Assembly: GCA_000708835.1 (NCBI GenBank)
Contig: DF237318.1
Location: forward strand, 33,556 to 93,035
Length of the DNA stretch: 59,480 bases
Origin: Klebsormidium nitens
Taxonomy: Eukaryota > Plantae > Klebsormidiophyceae
Direction of reading: 5' to 3'
This document shows, piece by piece, positions 1 through 12,777 of this stretch; the first letter of the stretch is position 1; each line of letters begins with the position of its first letter. The notes beneath the pieces were generated by a model. That model saw nothing but the letters and a program-made list of their open reading frames with translations, ran no database searches and was not told where the DNA came from. The translations under genes were made by a program, and so were the position numbers.

Positions 1-821
1 TAATTAGGGGGGGTACCACTTCAAAGTGACCTTCCCCTAACACGTATCATCAGTACGTGCACATGCAGGCGGCAGCAAATGTATTAATACAGAACCGCAA
101 ATAGAAATGCGCATATCCGTTGCGGTGTGGGCTAGCGCCGTCGGCAAGAAGATTACGTCGGATCTCCCGGCTGCATCGATTGAACACATGGAATTAATGA
201 AATGTGCGATCTGGCGTCAATATAGTGCGCAGCGCTCGCCGCATTGGCAGCAATCGGCCGCGGTATCCGTCGACGTACTAGGATGCGCTTTAGTATGCAT
301 ACAATTTAATCGTCGCGATGAGAATGCTATACATATCACCTTATTTCATTGAGCATGCCGCCTGCAGCTTCTGGCACATAATCATTGGGATAGAGCATCG
401 CTTACTAAACACAAGCTGCCGCAGCTTTAAACAGGGAAGACATGTTGGATGCCTGACCCACTGCTTAGCGCGTTGATGTCACAATCATTGAATGCATGCA
501 ATGCAGACTTAGTAATGGTATAAGCCCTCAAAGTTGATATGGAGTGTTCAATCTGGCCGGCCTCGAGCCTGGCCGCGAGATTTTAAGGCAGGTCTCTTAT
601 AAGCGCCCTTGAATTCTGCCATGGACAAGGGTGCCGGATCTGTTTTCTGCCCTGTTTGGCATCCCTCTTGTGAGTTCTGGTGATCGAACTCACAAGAGGG
701 ATACAAAGATCGCAACTCGATTGGAATGAAGTTCTCCGAGCAGAAGTCCATTGTCTATTAGCTAAGGTCCTTACACGATCCATACATTGAAAACTAGGCC
801 AAACGAACAGAATCCGATCTG

Positions 822-2745
822 TCAAATGTGCTTCTCGATGGCCTCTATCAATGCATCGTACTTGGCACCTTGTATCTCGTCAATTTGTTCCTTCTTTTTG
901 AACAACTTGAATGTAGGTACGGCCTTGATGCCTAAACTCTTTGCAAGAGGCTACAAACAGAAAGAGGAGTGTCTTTAGAGAATCCAGAATCGTAGTCAGT
1001 CCTAAAGTGCTTCGAAGGATTGGCACAGGCCACACAAACATCGTCGCAAGGTTGCTTTCATGTATGAAACTTCGTGTCTTCATTATTCTTCAGAGAAGGA
1101 CTTCTTCAATAGGGAATCCACGCCCTTTTTCCGAAACACTTTTGCATCGTGACCATCTCAGTAGCAAAGTGGTGACCCTCGGTGCTGTGCAAAGCAGAGT
1201 CTGCGGTCTGGACACCAAGGATGCAGCGTTTAATCAACTTACCTTGTTCTCTTGGTTGCAATCCAATTTGATGAAGACCGCTTGATTATATTTATCGGCA
1301 GCTTCCACCAGTTTTGGGTACATAAGCTTACAGGGTCCGCACCTAGGTGGCACAAAGAAACATCGGTTTTGATTATTACCTTCGGAAGCACATGAACGAA
1401 ACAAGACAAATCTCAGATTCTCCATGTTGAGATGGCTTTTGCAGCGTCAGGTCAACTTCAAGTGTCAGGACGAAGTCAAGTTGTTCTAATGACTGCCCTG
1501 CATTTGCCAATCTACAGAATCTCTAAGCCAACAAAGCTGCCCAAGCAGCGGGGCCCAAGACCCTAACTAAATGAGGGTTAAGGCCCTCAAAGGTTGGTTA
1601 TCATACAAGGTCAACACGTACACGCTTGTCACAGACTAAGTAGTTGGCAAAATCTCAAGGTTCTTCAATAGTAACTGAGGTTCTAAGTGGGGATGTCGTT
1701 GCAACTGAATGATGACTTGCGTGCCTCTCGAAGTGGCAACTCCAGATGCAGAGGTGCCGCAGTCCCTTATGATGGAGGGGGGCTGGATGCGGAATGTGGG
1801 ATGGCCTGGAACCAGCTGAGTCAATTAAGCAACCAAAGTACCTCCAACAAAAGGAACAGCGTTCAGGAGCTAAGTGAACGTGGAAATTTTGAAAAGCCGG
1901 CAGCTAGCGCCGCACAATCATGCATCAAAGCCATGCATCTGAGGGATCTCGAAGGGTAGCCCGAGCAATTGAAGAAAACCTGTGAGGCTTTAACATGGAG
2001 GCTTTTGATCCCGGAGTCGTGTTGTCTAATGCCTCTCTCCCCACTCCCCAACAGGCTTGCCTGCCTGCTTTTAAACCGGGTTCAAGGAGAAGCCATGAGC
2101 TCAACCGATGTCATGTTTTGAGTCCTCTAAATTCTGGGAAGCAGCCCCTAAACTCAAAGGCGTGTATGACAGACGCAAACTTAAGCTGCTGATTGATGCT
2201 CTCAAAGATTGAACAATGTACATACATCCAGAGCAGAACTATTCTTCTCGGGGGCCAGATTGTTCCATCCTGGCCACATTCCCCCCAAGCCTGGTTCAGC
2301 AGGAAAGTGCGCACCAGCAAACCAGTATCCTCATTTGTGATAGCTTAAGATGGTAGCAAAACCCTAAAACATCTTGGCAAGCTCACCACTGAGTGTACAT
2401 GTCCAGTACAACCAGCTTGTCCCCCGCTTCTTCCAAAAGGGCGTGGAACGTCTCATTCCCAACCTCCCTGATCTTGTCTACAGTACCAACCGCCTCAGCA
2501 CTGACTTGGACTCCCTGCCTCCGTTTCACCTTGGCTCCGCTGAAGCCGCCTGGTCTTCTCAATTCTTCTAGCTGCCGCTGTCTCCTCAAGCAAGCGCAAA
2601 TTCGACGTTGCCTCTGGGCAACGAAGGGGAGGCCATTTGAGCAAGCTGCAGCAGGGGCTGGCAAAGTTGACTTTTTACTGGTCTCCAATGCTGCAAGAGA
2701 AAACGTGCTGCTGGCTCCCACGCCAGCAAATGTGGTGCAAGCCAT
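822..2745 (-). CDS. TRXf: Thioredoxin f, plastid-targeted (3 exons, ~195 aa)
   Basis: Exons complement(2387..2745, 1243..1342, 822..950) have GT/AG ends and total 588 nt. The splice rebuilds VLDMYTQW|CGPCK (WCGPC active site). The C-terminus ENK|PLAKSLGIKAVPTFKLFK is f-type. The N-terminus is Ala/Ser/Arg-rich, like a transit peptide. Confidence 0.93.
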
Positions 2746-3293
2746 CCTATTCAGGCAACAAGTCCAATGAATTTCTTGGAGAGAGAGAAGGGACGCTGTT
2801 GTTCCTTGTCTGCTGTTCAACTTCAAGTTCAAGTACCTCTATGATACTACTTAAAGTCTATGGAAGCTGAGTTCCTTCTGGACAGCGATTTTCAGCTCAA
2901 CTGTTCATGGAAGGCTCAAGAAATAATGCCCTGTATCTTACAGGTTGCCCTGCCGGTTTGACCCAGACTTGGTTTGACCTGTCAAACCGGCTGAAGTATG
3001 ATGCGCCGTTAGTGTTATATTCTAGCGAATATGAGGACCCTTCTTGCTGATTTTGCAAGACATATGCCGTCTTTTTGCAGACCGCCGATAACGAGGCAAT
3101 TTCCAGCATGCCACACCTTATATGCAATATATACCTTCTAATATGCGAGGGGACAAATCCGATTATCTGCAATCTGCAAAGCAAAGCACATTGACCTGTC
3201 TCCTTGGGCTCTGGAGCTGGAGCCTGCTGAGGTCCGAGGAGAAGTTGGAAGAGGTTGAACAGCTCATTCAAAGGCTGTTGATGTGAGGAGGCA

Positions 3294-4664
3294 ATGGCCC
3301 CCAGTGTAGCCGCTGGATCCTTGCTGTGCATTGTTCTCTCCCTCATTGCGGCAGCTTACATCCGAGCGGTGGTTCGTACTCTCCCCAAAGGCCTCTGGCG
3401 CATCCTTGCATCAGCTCCAGTCTTTGCAGCCTTTGCTGTAGCTCCAGTCTGTCTCTTTGACAGGAGCACGAACGTGGTTGCCGTGTTGCTGACGTCAGCG
3501 TTTCTACTTTGGTGGGGAAACTCCAAGGTGGTCGCACTCTGCTGGGGGAAGGGCCCTTTAGCGAACCACTCCAGGAGCCAGCGGCCATGGCTGGAATTTC
3601 TGGGGTTTACTGCATTGCTCAGTCTCCCGGTAGTTGTAGTGACGAAGAAGGGTTCAGAGGCAGCCTCTCCTGGAAAATGCAAAGTCAAGGGCGCCAATGA
3701 GGGGGAAGAAAACAGGAACGGTGTATCAGTTCCATCTGAGCTGGGTCTACAAAGCAGGATTCGAAGTTGTGAAGCTGTTAAGCAGAATGGCTTTGTTAAG
3801 GAAGCCTTTGTAGCTAACGGCTTCTCTTTGAAACCAGATTTGATAGATGCTGAGAAGCCGAGAGTAAAACCTCCTGAGCACCAATGGCGTCTCCTTCTGA
3901 AGAGCAGTCTCTCCCATGGCGCCCTCTTTGTCTCGCTCATTTACCTGCTGGATATCCAAGAGCACCTGCCAGAGATCATAGTCAGGTTGATCTACGTCGG
4001 CATCATGTATTCATTCATGATGTTCAGCTTCCCACTGTGCGCAGTATTTGCGTCAGCCGCCCTGGGCGTGGAGCTGTTCCCCCACTTTGACCGCCCCTGG
4101 TTGTCGCAGTCCCTGGCCGATTTCTGGGGACACCGTTGGAATTTGACAGCAAACAGAGTGCTGAGAGATGCCGTCTACTTCCCCCTCAAAGAATATCTAG
4201 AAAGGGCCCTGATTCACAACGGACACTCCCACTCAAACAGGGCGAACGGTTTAGCTAAGAGTCATAGTAGCTTAGATATTGTGAAGCCCTGGTTTAGCCT
4301 GAGCTGGCTCTCTCAAGCACGGCGTAGTAGGATAGCAAAGGGTATTGCAGCACAGGCGACCTTCTTCGTGTCTGGCTTTATGCACGAGATCATTATATAT
4401 TATGCAACCGGCGAAGCAACGGGAGAGTGGACTGCCTTTTTCACGTTGCACGGCACCGCATTCCTTGTAGAGTCTGAAGTGGTAATTCCCCTTGCAAGGT
4501 ACATGAGAGTAGATCTGCCCCGTTGGATAAAAATAACTGTAACTTTAGTTTTCTTTATGGTTACAGCAGACATGCTTTTCTTTCCGCCTGTAGTAAGGTC
4601 TGGCCTCGACAGGGCAGGACTGAACGAGTTCAGAACTCTCTTAAGAACATTAACAGGAGTTTGA
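3294..4664 (+). CDS. MBOAT-family long-chain-alcohol/sterol O-acyltransferase (wax synthase/ASAT-like), intronless, 456 aa
   Basis: Single ORF with several hydrophobic helices. It carries the motifs PHFDRPWLSQSLADFWGHRWNL and FFVSGFMHEIIIYY (catalytic His), typical of the plant wax synthase/MBOAT_2 family. Confidence 0.9.
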   Translation: MAPSVAAGSLLCIVLSLIAAAYIRAVVRTLPKGLWRILASAPVFAAFAVAPVCLFDRSTNVVAVLLTSAFLLWWGNSKVVALCWGKGPLANHSRSQRPWLEFLGFTALLSLPVVVVTKKGSEAASPGKCKVKGANEGEENRNGVSVPSELGLQSRIRSCEAVKQNGFVKEAFVANGFSLKPDLIDAEKPRVKPPEHQWRLLLKSSLSHGALFVSLIYLLDIQEHLPEIIVRLIYVGIMYSFMMFSFPLCAVFASAALGVELFPHFDRPWLSQSLADFWGHRWNLTANRVLRDAVYFPLKEYLERALIHNGHSHSNRANGLAKSHSSLDIVKPWFSLSWLSQARRSRIAKGIAAQATFFVSGFMHEIIIYYATGEATGEWTAFFTLHGTAFLVESEVVIPLARYMRVDLPRWIKITVTLVFFMVTADMLFFPPVVRSGLDRAGLNEFRTLLRTLTGV

Positions 4665-5909
4665 AAGGTGGCTGGGGCACTGGATCGGCAACTTGCACAA
4701 TATAGGTACACAATGACTGCGCAGTTGTAACTGGTGCAACTTACCTAGGTTATCTGACTCGATTGTTATCGTCGTGACTGACTTTCAGAGGACATGCTTG
4801 CTGATAAATCAAATAGACGGGAATGGTACAATACCTCGCAATTGGTTTCATTGTAGAGCTGTAGAGCTCAATTGGTAAATTGAAAACTGCATGGATTTAA
4901 ACCCTTCCACTTTACGAATCTTGCAGTGCATGGAAAAGCTGCACTAAGCAGCTCCGAGTCGTGTGAATTGTTCGTCAAAATCGCGAGTATAATGGGAGCT
5001 GTGTGCCGTGGTTGTTTGCTGAGGCGTTGCAGATTAAGGTCTGCTGCACCACTTACCGAGTGTTTATATGCCCCAGTTGTTTAGTGCAACTTGTAGTAAA
5101 TATAACTTATAAGGCCAACAACTGAGGGTGGACCCCAATAATTCAATAACTATCTAGAAAGCTGCGGCAAATCATCATGGTCATATGTTTAAGGAATCAG
5201 TCGAATATGAAGTCTCAGGCTCGATCGGACCCGGTTCCTTGATTGCTTACAGTTCATGTATCGTTGGCCGGAAGCTCCATGTGCGGGACTTAGTCCGGAG
5301 TCCCAGCTTGCAAGTCGCTGACGGCATCAAGTGCTCGAATCTGTAATGGAAATCCACTTATGGTGGCGGCATATGGCACGAAAAGGAAATGCTGCAGGTG
5401 CGTAAAGTTCTCTGGCATTCTCTACCCTATTATATCAGCAAGTTCCTTCAGCAGATGTGACTGAAGCTTCGTTACAGAATCACGAACGCCATGGTACAAT
5501 GGCTCACCCTGAATGCTGTAATCAGAGAGTTGAGAATCCGTCATCCTTAACGATCCTCGTGAGAATCGACCGTCCGAAACCATCATCTTGCGCAAAACGT
5601 ATGTCACACGCCGTTCCCTCTGACACTTTAATTGTCGAGGTGCCTAAACAGTCATTCCATGCATTATTGCAACCGCTTCAAAGGGCAAGACGACGATACC
5701 GAAGCGCTAAATGAAGCATAAGATACGCTTTGCAAAAGTCGACTCGACGACGCCGTTGATAGTCACTGACATCGTTCGTGACCTTTTCAACGTTCTACAA
5801 CATGAGGAGGATGGATGTATCGTGGGTTGCGAAGTTTGAAATTGACAGGAGCTGTCGACACAAAAGGCCATTTTCGACCAGCTTCCGTGGTCATTTCCCC
5901 GTCTGATCG

Positions 5910-8900
5910 TTACGTCCACGTGTACTGGCTTGAGTGTTTGAACCGCCGCGTCTTCCGTGCTAGCTCTGCACAAGAGAAGACAAAAAGCCGGTCAGATCTG
6001 GACATAATTGTGCGACATGTAAGGATGTGGGCTTTCGATAGGGCTTGTGTGAGATTGCGCAAGATTCCTGTTTTGGCTTTTCCATGTCTCGAGTGGTTTG
6101 CAGGATCGCAACTACACAGAGTCTCCCTCCGGGCGAGTGGCGAAGCAGATCAGCCAGGAGTCTCAAACACACACGGTATTAGCATCACTGCCGCCGCGCT
6201 CAAGGACACTTGCACCTTGCATTTCTCGGTAACCGCGACCCCTGCAGACCCCGTCCAGCTAACCTTCCTGAATTCGACATTGAACGAATCCAGTACGGGC
6301 ACCATCGGACGGCACTGGAAAGCTTGTCCGAGCTGCCCAAACGCTTGTTCACCAATCATCATTCTGATCGATGGCGCGACTCAAATGTGTGTTTTGGCCT
6401 CCGGATCGAGCCTCATTCACTTTTTCAATTCATGAACCAGCGAGGTTTGGTCGCAGGCGTCCACTCCAGTCAATCGGACCAACACTTCGAAATCAAATGT
6501 TTAGCTCCATCTTCGTCTCGAAGCAGTGTGCCCGAGGCGACCAACAGCTTCACACCACTCCCGCACTTCAAAAGCAACAAAGTCCATCGTTCCTTTGAAA
6601 ACCTGGGACACCGCACCATGGGGCAGCATGCAGACTGCGTCTTTATCATGCTTAGAAAGAGTTTTCGAGATTAGCTGAAAACTTAACATAGATCCAACCA
6701 ATGAAAACTGAAACTCCTCACCCCGGAGCAGCATGTGGAAGGCGTCACCCTCGCGCGGCGGCCGCTGGTACGTGTACTTGAGCCACACCTTGTCCATCTC
6801 CAGCCGCCGCAGCTCGCGCTCTTCTTCGGGCATGCCGCGCATCAGCTCAACGAGGGTGTCGATCTGCGAGAAGGAGAGAGACGGGGACTCGCTTCGATCA
6901 TAGATGCAAGAACAGGGGGATAAAGGCTGGAGTACGAGCTAACCTGAAAGCATGCCAGGGAAGTAAGCGGGAAGACGGAGAACCATCGAGGAGTTTGCCG
7001 GTTTCGAGTGGTAATGAGAGATCAGATACGAAGGACCGAATATTTAGAATGATAATGGAAGCAACAAACAATGACAGGCCTGTATTAAATTTTGAACATC
7101 AGGAGTGACGAAGACCACATCCGTGAGGTCGTAGACGGGTAAGAGTCTGGCGGACCGGCGTGAGAGCGTCTCCTATCAAGCGGTCGTCTTCGTTTCGTCT
7201 AGGACAGGGACGAACAAAACTCCCACGATTACAGAACAAGAAAAGCCCCCATGAGACAAAAGCGGGAAAGCTTCTGAAAAGCGGCCCCACCTTGGCTTCC
7301 GGCACTTTGATCGCGAACCGCGAGTAGTCGATCTCGTTCTCCCAAGGAAACTCGATGTCGTCGGCGACTACCACCGGGATGCACCGGGTCATCACCGCCT
7401 GGTAGAAGCGCAGCGTCCAGGGCGTCCAACCGAGCGGGCACAGGCAGAAATTGGCGCGAGACATTTCCCGGTGGTAGCACTCCCGGTCGCAGTCGGAGCT
7501 CGCCTGCTTGAAGATGATGTCTGCAGAACGGGAGGAAGGGCGGGGAAATTTAGAGAATGCTCGGCGGAGATATGCGGTTTGCCATGAGGGGATGAAAAGG
7601 CACGAGGATGGACTCCAAAAAATCCGCGATTCTAAGACTCTCTCGAGACGTGGCCGAGTGATTTTAACTGGGAAGAAGTGGAAACGAGCAGTGATTGCAA
7701 AATAATAACGACGTGACCTGGCTAAACTTTTCACTCCTGAGTAGTAGGTGACCCAGCCGCAACCACCGGCGCGCTTCGAAGGACAAATTATATCGATAGT
7801 ATGCGCGGGGATCTTGTCGAATATTCACATCGCGAGGGCTGAATGGACTCACTTTCCATCATAACGGATGAAAGCGCTCGTGCGTAAGAAGCAAAATCAT
7901 CACGGTCCTGCCAAACTGTGCATCATTTGACCAAACAAAGTTTGTTCGCGGTTTTGATGGACCTTGCATACGTTGGCCAGCTTGTTCAACGCTCACCTCC
8001 CGCTGTTTTTGCTGAGTGCTCCAGGCTGCCGTATCGACAGTAGCAATTGCGCTTCTCGAAATTCGTAATTGCAGCTTGTTTATCCCAAAATCTAGGTTCA
8101 CAGTCTTGTCACCAACATCCTCTTTCAAGTGACCTTATTGCCATAATGGCCAAGTGGACTTGGCCGCAACATGGGTGCTCATAAGCGATGATCACGCAAC
8201 CGGTCTCGTTTTGCAGCAGGTCCCGTATCCGCGGCCGGATCCCCTTGCTATACGCGTTCCCCTCCCAGTGGTCGATCGTCCCCCGAAAGTACGCGAGCAG
8301 GTCCTTCTCCTTTGAGATCGCCGCGCGCGAGCTTGGGAGATAGAAGACAGGGTCCTGCAAGGGAAAACTCGCGCGCTGTAAGGACTCTGCTCGCGCACTG
8401 CTTGCGCACCCCGAAATATACCTGAAACTCGGAGCAGAAGAGCTCCGAGTTTGTAACGGCGCAACACGAGCCAAAGGAGCGCGATCGGCAGGCTGAGGAA
8501 GATCTAAAGTGACTAGAGCGCACAGAGTCAGAAGTTGCTCGCGCGGTGCGCTGTCGTTCTTGCTAGAGATGAGCAAGAGCAAGAGCAAGAGCAAGAGCAA
8601 GTGCAAGTGCAAGAGCAAGAGCAAGAGTTCTTGTTGGCCAACGTCAGCCGATTCGTTTCAACAAAAAGCCGGCGTTTTATGAAAGAGGACTCCGCTTTTG
8701 CCTTCGATGACTCTCCTCATTGAACATTCTGGACACCGCCAACTAACGTCATTATCGTCGCTCATGTTTATCGAGCAGGCGAGCCGTTTTTAGATCGTAA
8801 GGGCCACTAATCACCTACTGGAGTCGTCAAGCGTTTCCTTTTCGAGCATTTCACTTTCTCACGGCTCAACAACCGATACTCTCTTCGAAGTGGAGAGAGA

Positions 8901-11900
8901 TGCTGGCGTATCTTCACATCTCATTGTAGAGCCCCACCATTATCAATACAGAAGATACTATCCGAACGAACTCCAAGCCCAAACTCCTTTCCGTCCATAG
9001 CTTCGAGCAAAGCCTGCAAAGTGATGCTTCGCCAAATATTCTTTGATGCAATAGCAGTTTTTGGCCTCTTTGAATGTGAGCATGTCACATGAGCTAAGAT
9101 GGGTCCCTCACCGATTCCATTCCCGGAATGACAATATCTTTCCACGTATTGAAGTAGTCGATCGTCCGGTCCCCCTCGGGCGTCAGGAAAATGCTCTTGC
9201 CAATGTGCGTCCGCCAGTCCGAAAAGATCGTTGGGCCTCGAGCCTGCGAAAGGTTGTTCTTCAAGTTTCGCTCAAGCACTCGAAACAAGGATCGGCTGGG
9301 TTTTGTCGCCTCTCAAAACTGCGTGTCCTGGGGAGTCTTACCCATTTCCCCCACCAGACTTCGGCTCTTCTGCCCTGGTTCCATCAGGCGACTCTTAGGC
9401 AAAATAGGGAGTGCGTCAAAATCTAATCGAAAATCAAGGGTTCTCACGAATTCATCTTTGCTGAGTTGATCCGAGCTTTCCGACTCGGTATGGCTGACAT
9501 CGTGGAACACTACGGCCGGCTCCGTCAGGACACGTGGCAGCTAAAAAATGTAAGCCAACAGAGTTTCCACAAAAATAGAAGAGCAGCTCGCCACGATGCG
9601 TCAGACGATCACGGTTTTCAGAGGGTTTCGACGCGCGCGAACACGACCGCGCCAAAATCCTTGATAGACGCTAGGCTCTGTCCCTTTCTTCAACCTCAAC
9701 CAAAGGCGGTCGAGTGTCCAACATCTCAGGAACAGTCTTTGGAAGTCAGATGCTTGGAAAAAAACGCTCACCCCTGGGAACGAAAAGATATGGTCCCGCC
9801 CCTCGGTCCGGTTCCAGTACGGGTGCTCCTTTCGGACGATGTTTAGAGCCTGCAAAAGGACGTCCAAAGGTCACGAAAAGGGGTCGAGAAGTCTCAGAAC
9901 TCGCCGAAGCAACGAAGAGATCACGTTGTATGGAGCATGTAAAGGACAACACGGCACAGAGAGGTGGATTTAACGGGCCAAGCTGGGCAACAGACTTACA
10001 CGTGAGCTGCAACACAAGGGCTAGATCAACCCGACCTAAGTCTTGGGAGCTTCTATTGACGTGAATGATTCACTGCGGTAAAAGCTGAGGGCCGGAGAGT
10101 GGAAGGTCGATGAGCAGAGGGGACTCGCAAGCGCTTTCGGCACAATGTAGACGCGGTTTGCATTGAGCTGGTTGGGACTACCGGCTCTTTGTATGCAACT
10201 TCTTGGATGTAGTGTGTGAAAACTTCTTCTTGAGACTGAGAGGGTTGTCACGACATACCACTTTGAAGAGTTGGTTGGTGTAGTCAAACGACTTCTGGCG
10301 GCCCTCCTTTTTGTGCATCTCCCAGAACCAGAGGAAGCACTCGCCTGCAGATCGCACCGAGGAAAGTTTCGAGTCTTGATCGCTCTTGGTGAGAGGGCAG
10401 CTAATTCAGACAGGATGCAAAGACGAGTCTCTGATGCACAGGCATATAATCGGTCTCTAGCCAGAATTTGTCACGATCTGTGATTCATAAAGCTGCTTGC
10501 TTGCAAGAGATTAACTTGAAGCGCGTGAGATACCTACTCCTATGTTACTGATTGCTGCCGCCGACATCCTATTTTAATGCTCAAAGGGACAAGGTCTCGC
10601 AAACATACACGCTGCCTTTTAGCTGAGAACCTCTAAACTAGGTGATACCTAAACTAGGACAATGACAAACTTACCGTAAATGGGAACAAAGAAAAAGTCT
10701 GCTTCTTCAGGATCTGTGGTTCTGGCTGACGACTGTAAAAAAGAGGGGACTTTGCTGATGTCAGCAGATCATTGATGTCCGCACAGTGCGCTGGATGTCT
10801 GCCATGGCTTTGACACCGTCAGTAGGTGGTTATGATCAAATTACAGCATACAGGAACACGATTATCTTGCTCGTACAAACTGATTCTCATTACAAAGTTC
10901 TTCAAATGAAACCCAAAATAGTGATTGCATACATTCTGGGCAAGTCTTCAGGCGGTTGGTTGCTTGAAGCACATTGCTGCATTATGTACCCCTCCTATCG
11001 AAGGTGGTCTGAAGGCCTCCTTTGACCTAGACAATCGCATGACACATTACACAACACACAGCATTTGCAGCACTTCTGTGCTCGAACAACGTGTCCTAAC
11101 CTGGCCTAGCTATTTGCCAACGTGCGGGGGAAGTGTCGTCACATCTCTTTGGATAATCATAGGATATAGGAGCTCGCAAGTGCCTAGACCAACTCTGCTC
11201 CTTTGAACACTTTTAAATAGCAGCTGTGACATTACGAAAGACATCTACCTGAAAAGTAGAGTCGACAAGCCCTTAAGGTGTTCATCGACACAATCAAAAC
11301 TTTCAGCCGCTTGTGCAACAAAAGAGAAGATTGAAGGAAGTTCCACTCACCTGCAGGAATGCTTCGTGGAACCAGACCTCGGTGCCGTATTGGTCTGTGG
11401 AGCAGCGTGAAAATTTGCGTGCCATGTCCCTGTTGAACGTGCTCGGCAGGTTGTACACAAAAACCTTGGGCAGGTGCAACTCAGGAGGGTGGGGCTTCCT
11501 GAGGGCTGACTCATGAGCATCAATCTCACACCACTCGTTTGACTGCTCAAAACTCGACGGGGAACCCAGACCCTGTGTATTCTGAGCTCGACCCGACCTT
11601 CTGCAGCTGGAATTGCTGCCTAGCAGCTCAGCCCTCGCCTCTAGTTCCAGTCTAAGCTCTTGGATCTCCAGCAGCAGCTCTTTTCTCCTCTCAGCATAAC
11701 TTGGATTACCCGCTTCTGACTCGGCTAGGTGAGAATCAAATCTCACAAGTTGGCTTCGGAGACTGGAGAGAGTTGCTTCAAGGGAAGAATGAGGTATGGA
11801 GTCTTTGAGCACTTGGACGGTGGCGTATCCGTAGGTGGCTACGATAGCAGCAGATGCGATCAAAAGGAGACAGATCGACAGCCAGACTGTCGAGCTGCCG

Positions 11901-11920
11901 CATCCCTTTGAATTCTCCAT
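5910..11920 (-). CDS. GT47 exostosin-like glycosyltransferase (9 exons, ~500 aa, type II membrane protein)
   Basis: Exons complement(11351..11920, 10675..10732, 10259..10344, 9772..9849, 9112..9243, 8201..8354, 7291..7520, 6722..6863, 5910..5965) are phase-consistent. Motifs: KVFVYNLP, RTTDPEEADFFFVPIYG, YWNRTEGRDHIF, KDIVIPG, LAYFRG, FCLCPLGWTPWTLRFYQAVMTRCIPVVVADDIEFPW and DAFHMLLRELARK. There is an N-terminal TM helix. The start codon (MENSKG) is the best guess. Confidence 0.9.
8571..8627. repeat. Hexamer microsatellite (GAGCAA)5(GTGCAA)2(GAGCAA)2 in a GT47 intron
   Basis: Read directly; 57 bp. It produces the spurious poly-Leu and EQEQ ORFs in the ORF track. Confidence 0.95.
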
Positions 11921-12321
11921 TGCCTTTCTGCGACAACCCAGCTTAAAGTGTTTTATCAAGCCATCAAAGGACAAGCAGCTGGTGGTTCCTCCAGTTCAGA
12001 GCGGACGAAGATTGCTCTATAATCATGAGCATCTTCGCCTGGCAGCGATTCAATAGCCGTCACATTGACCCCCGCCATCGTCCTCACGAGGAGGCTCCAG
12101 CTAAAAATTTGAAGGGAGAAGTCGAGAGCAAATGGCAATGCTTCTGCGGGGGCTTCTTCTTGCTGCCATATGTGCAGGCCAGCGAGCTGGATTTTTAGGG
12201 TTTCCGCAGGGATTGCGTTGAAAGTTGGAAGGTTTCACCAGCAAGAAATACCGAACAACCAGATTGCTTCTAACTCAACAATAACCCAAACCACAACCCT
12301 ATGAGCGCAAAAGCGTTCTTA

Positions 12322-12421
12322 CAGCATTTTCGAGGCATCCGTTACGATTTTCGGTTTAGCTTAGCTAAAATCTGCTTGCTGCGTTTTAGCTAAATTCTTT
12401 GGCTAAATTCTTGACGTCATC
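12322..12421. mobile_element. Truncated, diverged sibling of the adjacent MITE (one TIR arm only)
   Basis: Begins TA|CAGCATTTTCGAGGCAT, like the MITE terminus. It has the same TTTAGCTAAA subterminal motifs and ends at the same TTGACGTCATC motif. Confidence 0.6.
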
Positions 12422-12446
12422 TTTGGGAAGTTGAAGCAACAGTTTA

Positions 12447-12777
12447 CAGCATTTTCAGGGCATGCTTCCCGGTTGCGTTCGATAGATAGGGTGTATTTAG
12501 CCTAAACTTAGGCTAAGTTTAGTGTAAGTTTAGTCACATCACCAGATTTATTGACGTCATCTCAGAGAGAGGCTGTGACACGTGGAAGAATCTAGCGCGT
12601 CGGATGGAACCTGTCCGGTGGTTCTACGGCCCGATGATCACCCCTGTTCTACCTTGGCGGCTACTACGGAAAGATGTTCGATGACGTCAAAGCAATAGCT
12701 AAAGTTTAGCTAAAATTTAGTATCTAAATAGACCCTATCTATCCATCGCAACCGGGAAGCATGCCCTGAAAATGCTG
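12447..12777. mobile_element. Non-autonomous MITE, Tc1/mariner (Stowaway-like) type, 331 bp, TA target-site duplication
   Basis: The TIR CAGCATTTTCAGGGCATGCTTCCCGGTTGCG is a perfect 31-bp inverted repeat, and 51 of 54 terminal bp match. Looser symmetry continues to ~100 bp. TA flanks both ends (12445-46, 12778-79), and there is no ORF. Confidence 0.85.

Noticed and set aside
5815-6435. 206-aa + strand ORF and neighbouring ORFs at 5457-6674
   Set aside because: They overlap the last intron, last exon and 3' UTR of the GT47 gene on the opposite strand, with no recognisable domain.
8109-8723. Poly-Leu signal-peptide-like and EQEQ ORFs
   Set aside because: They are translation products of the (GAGCAA)n intronic microsatellite.
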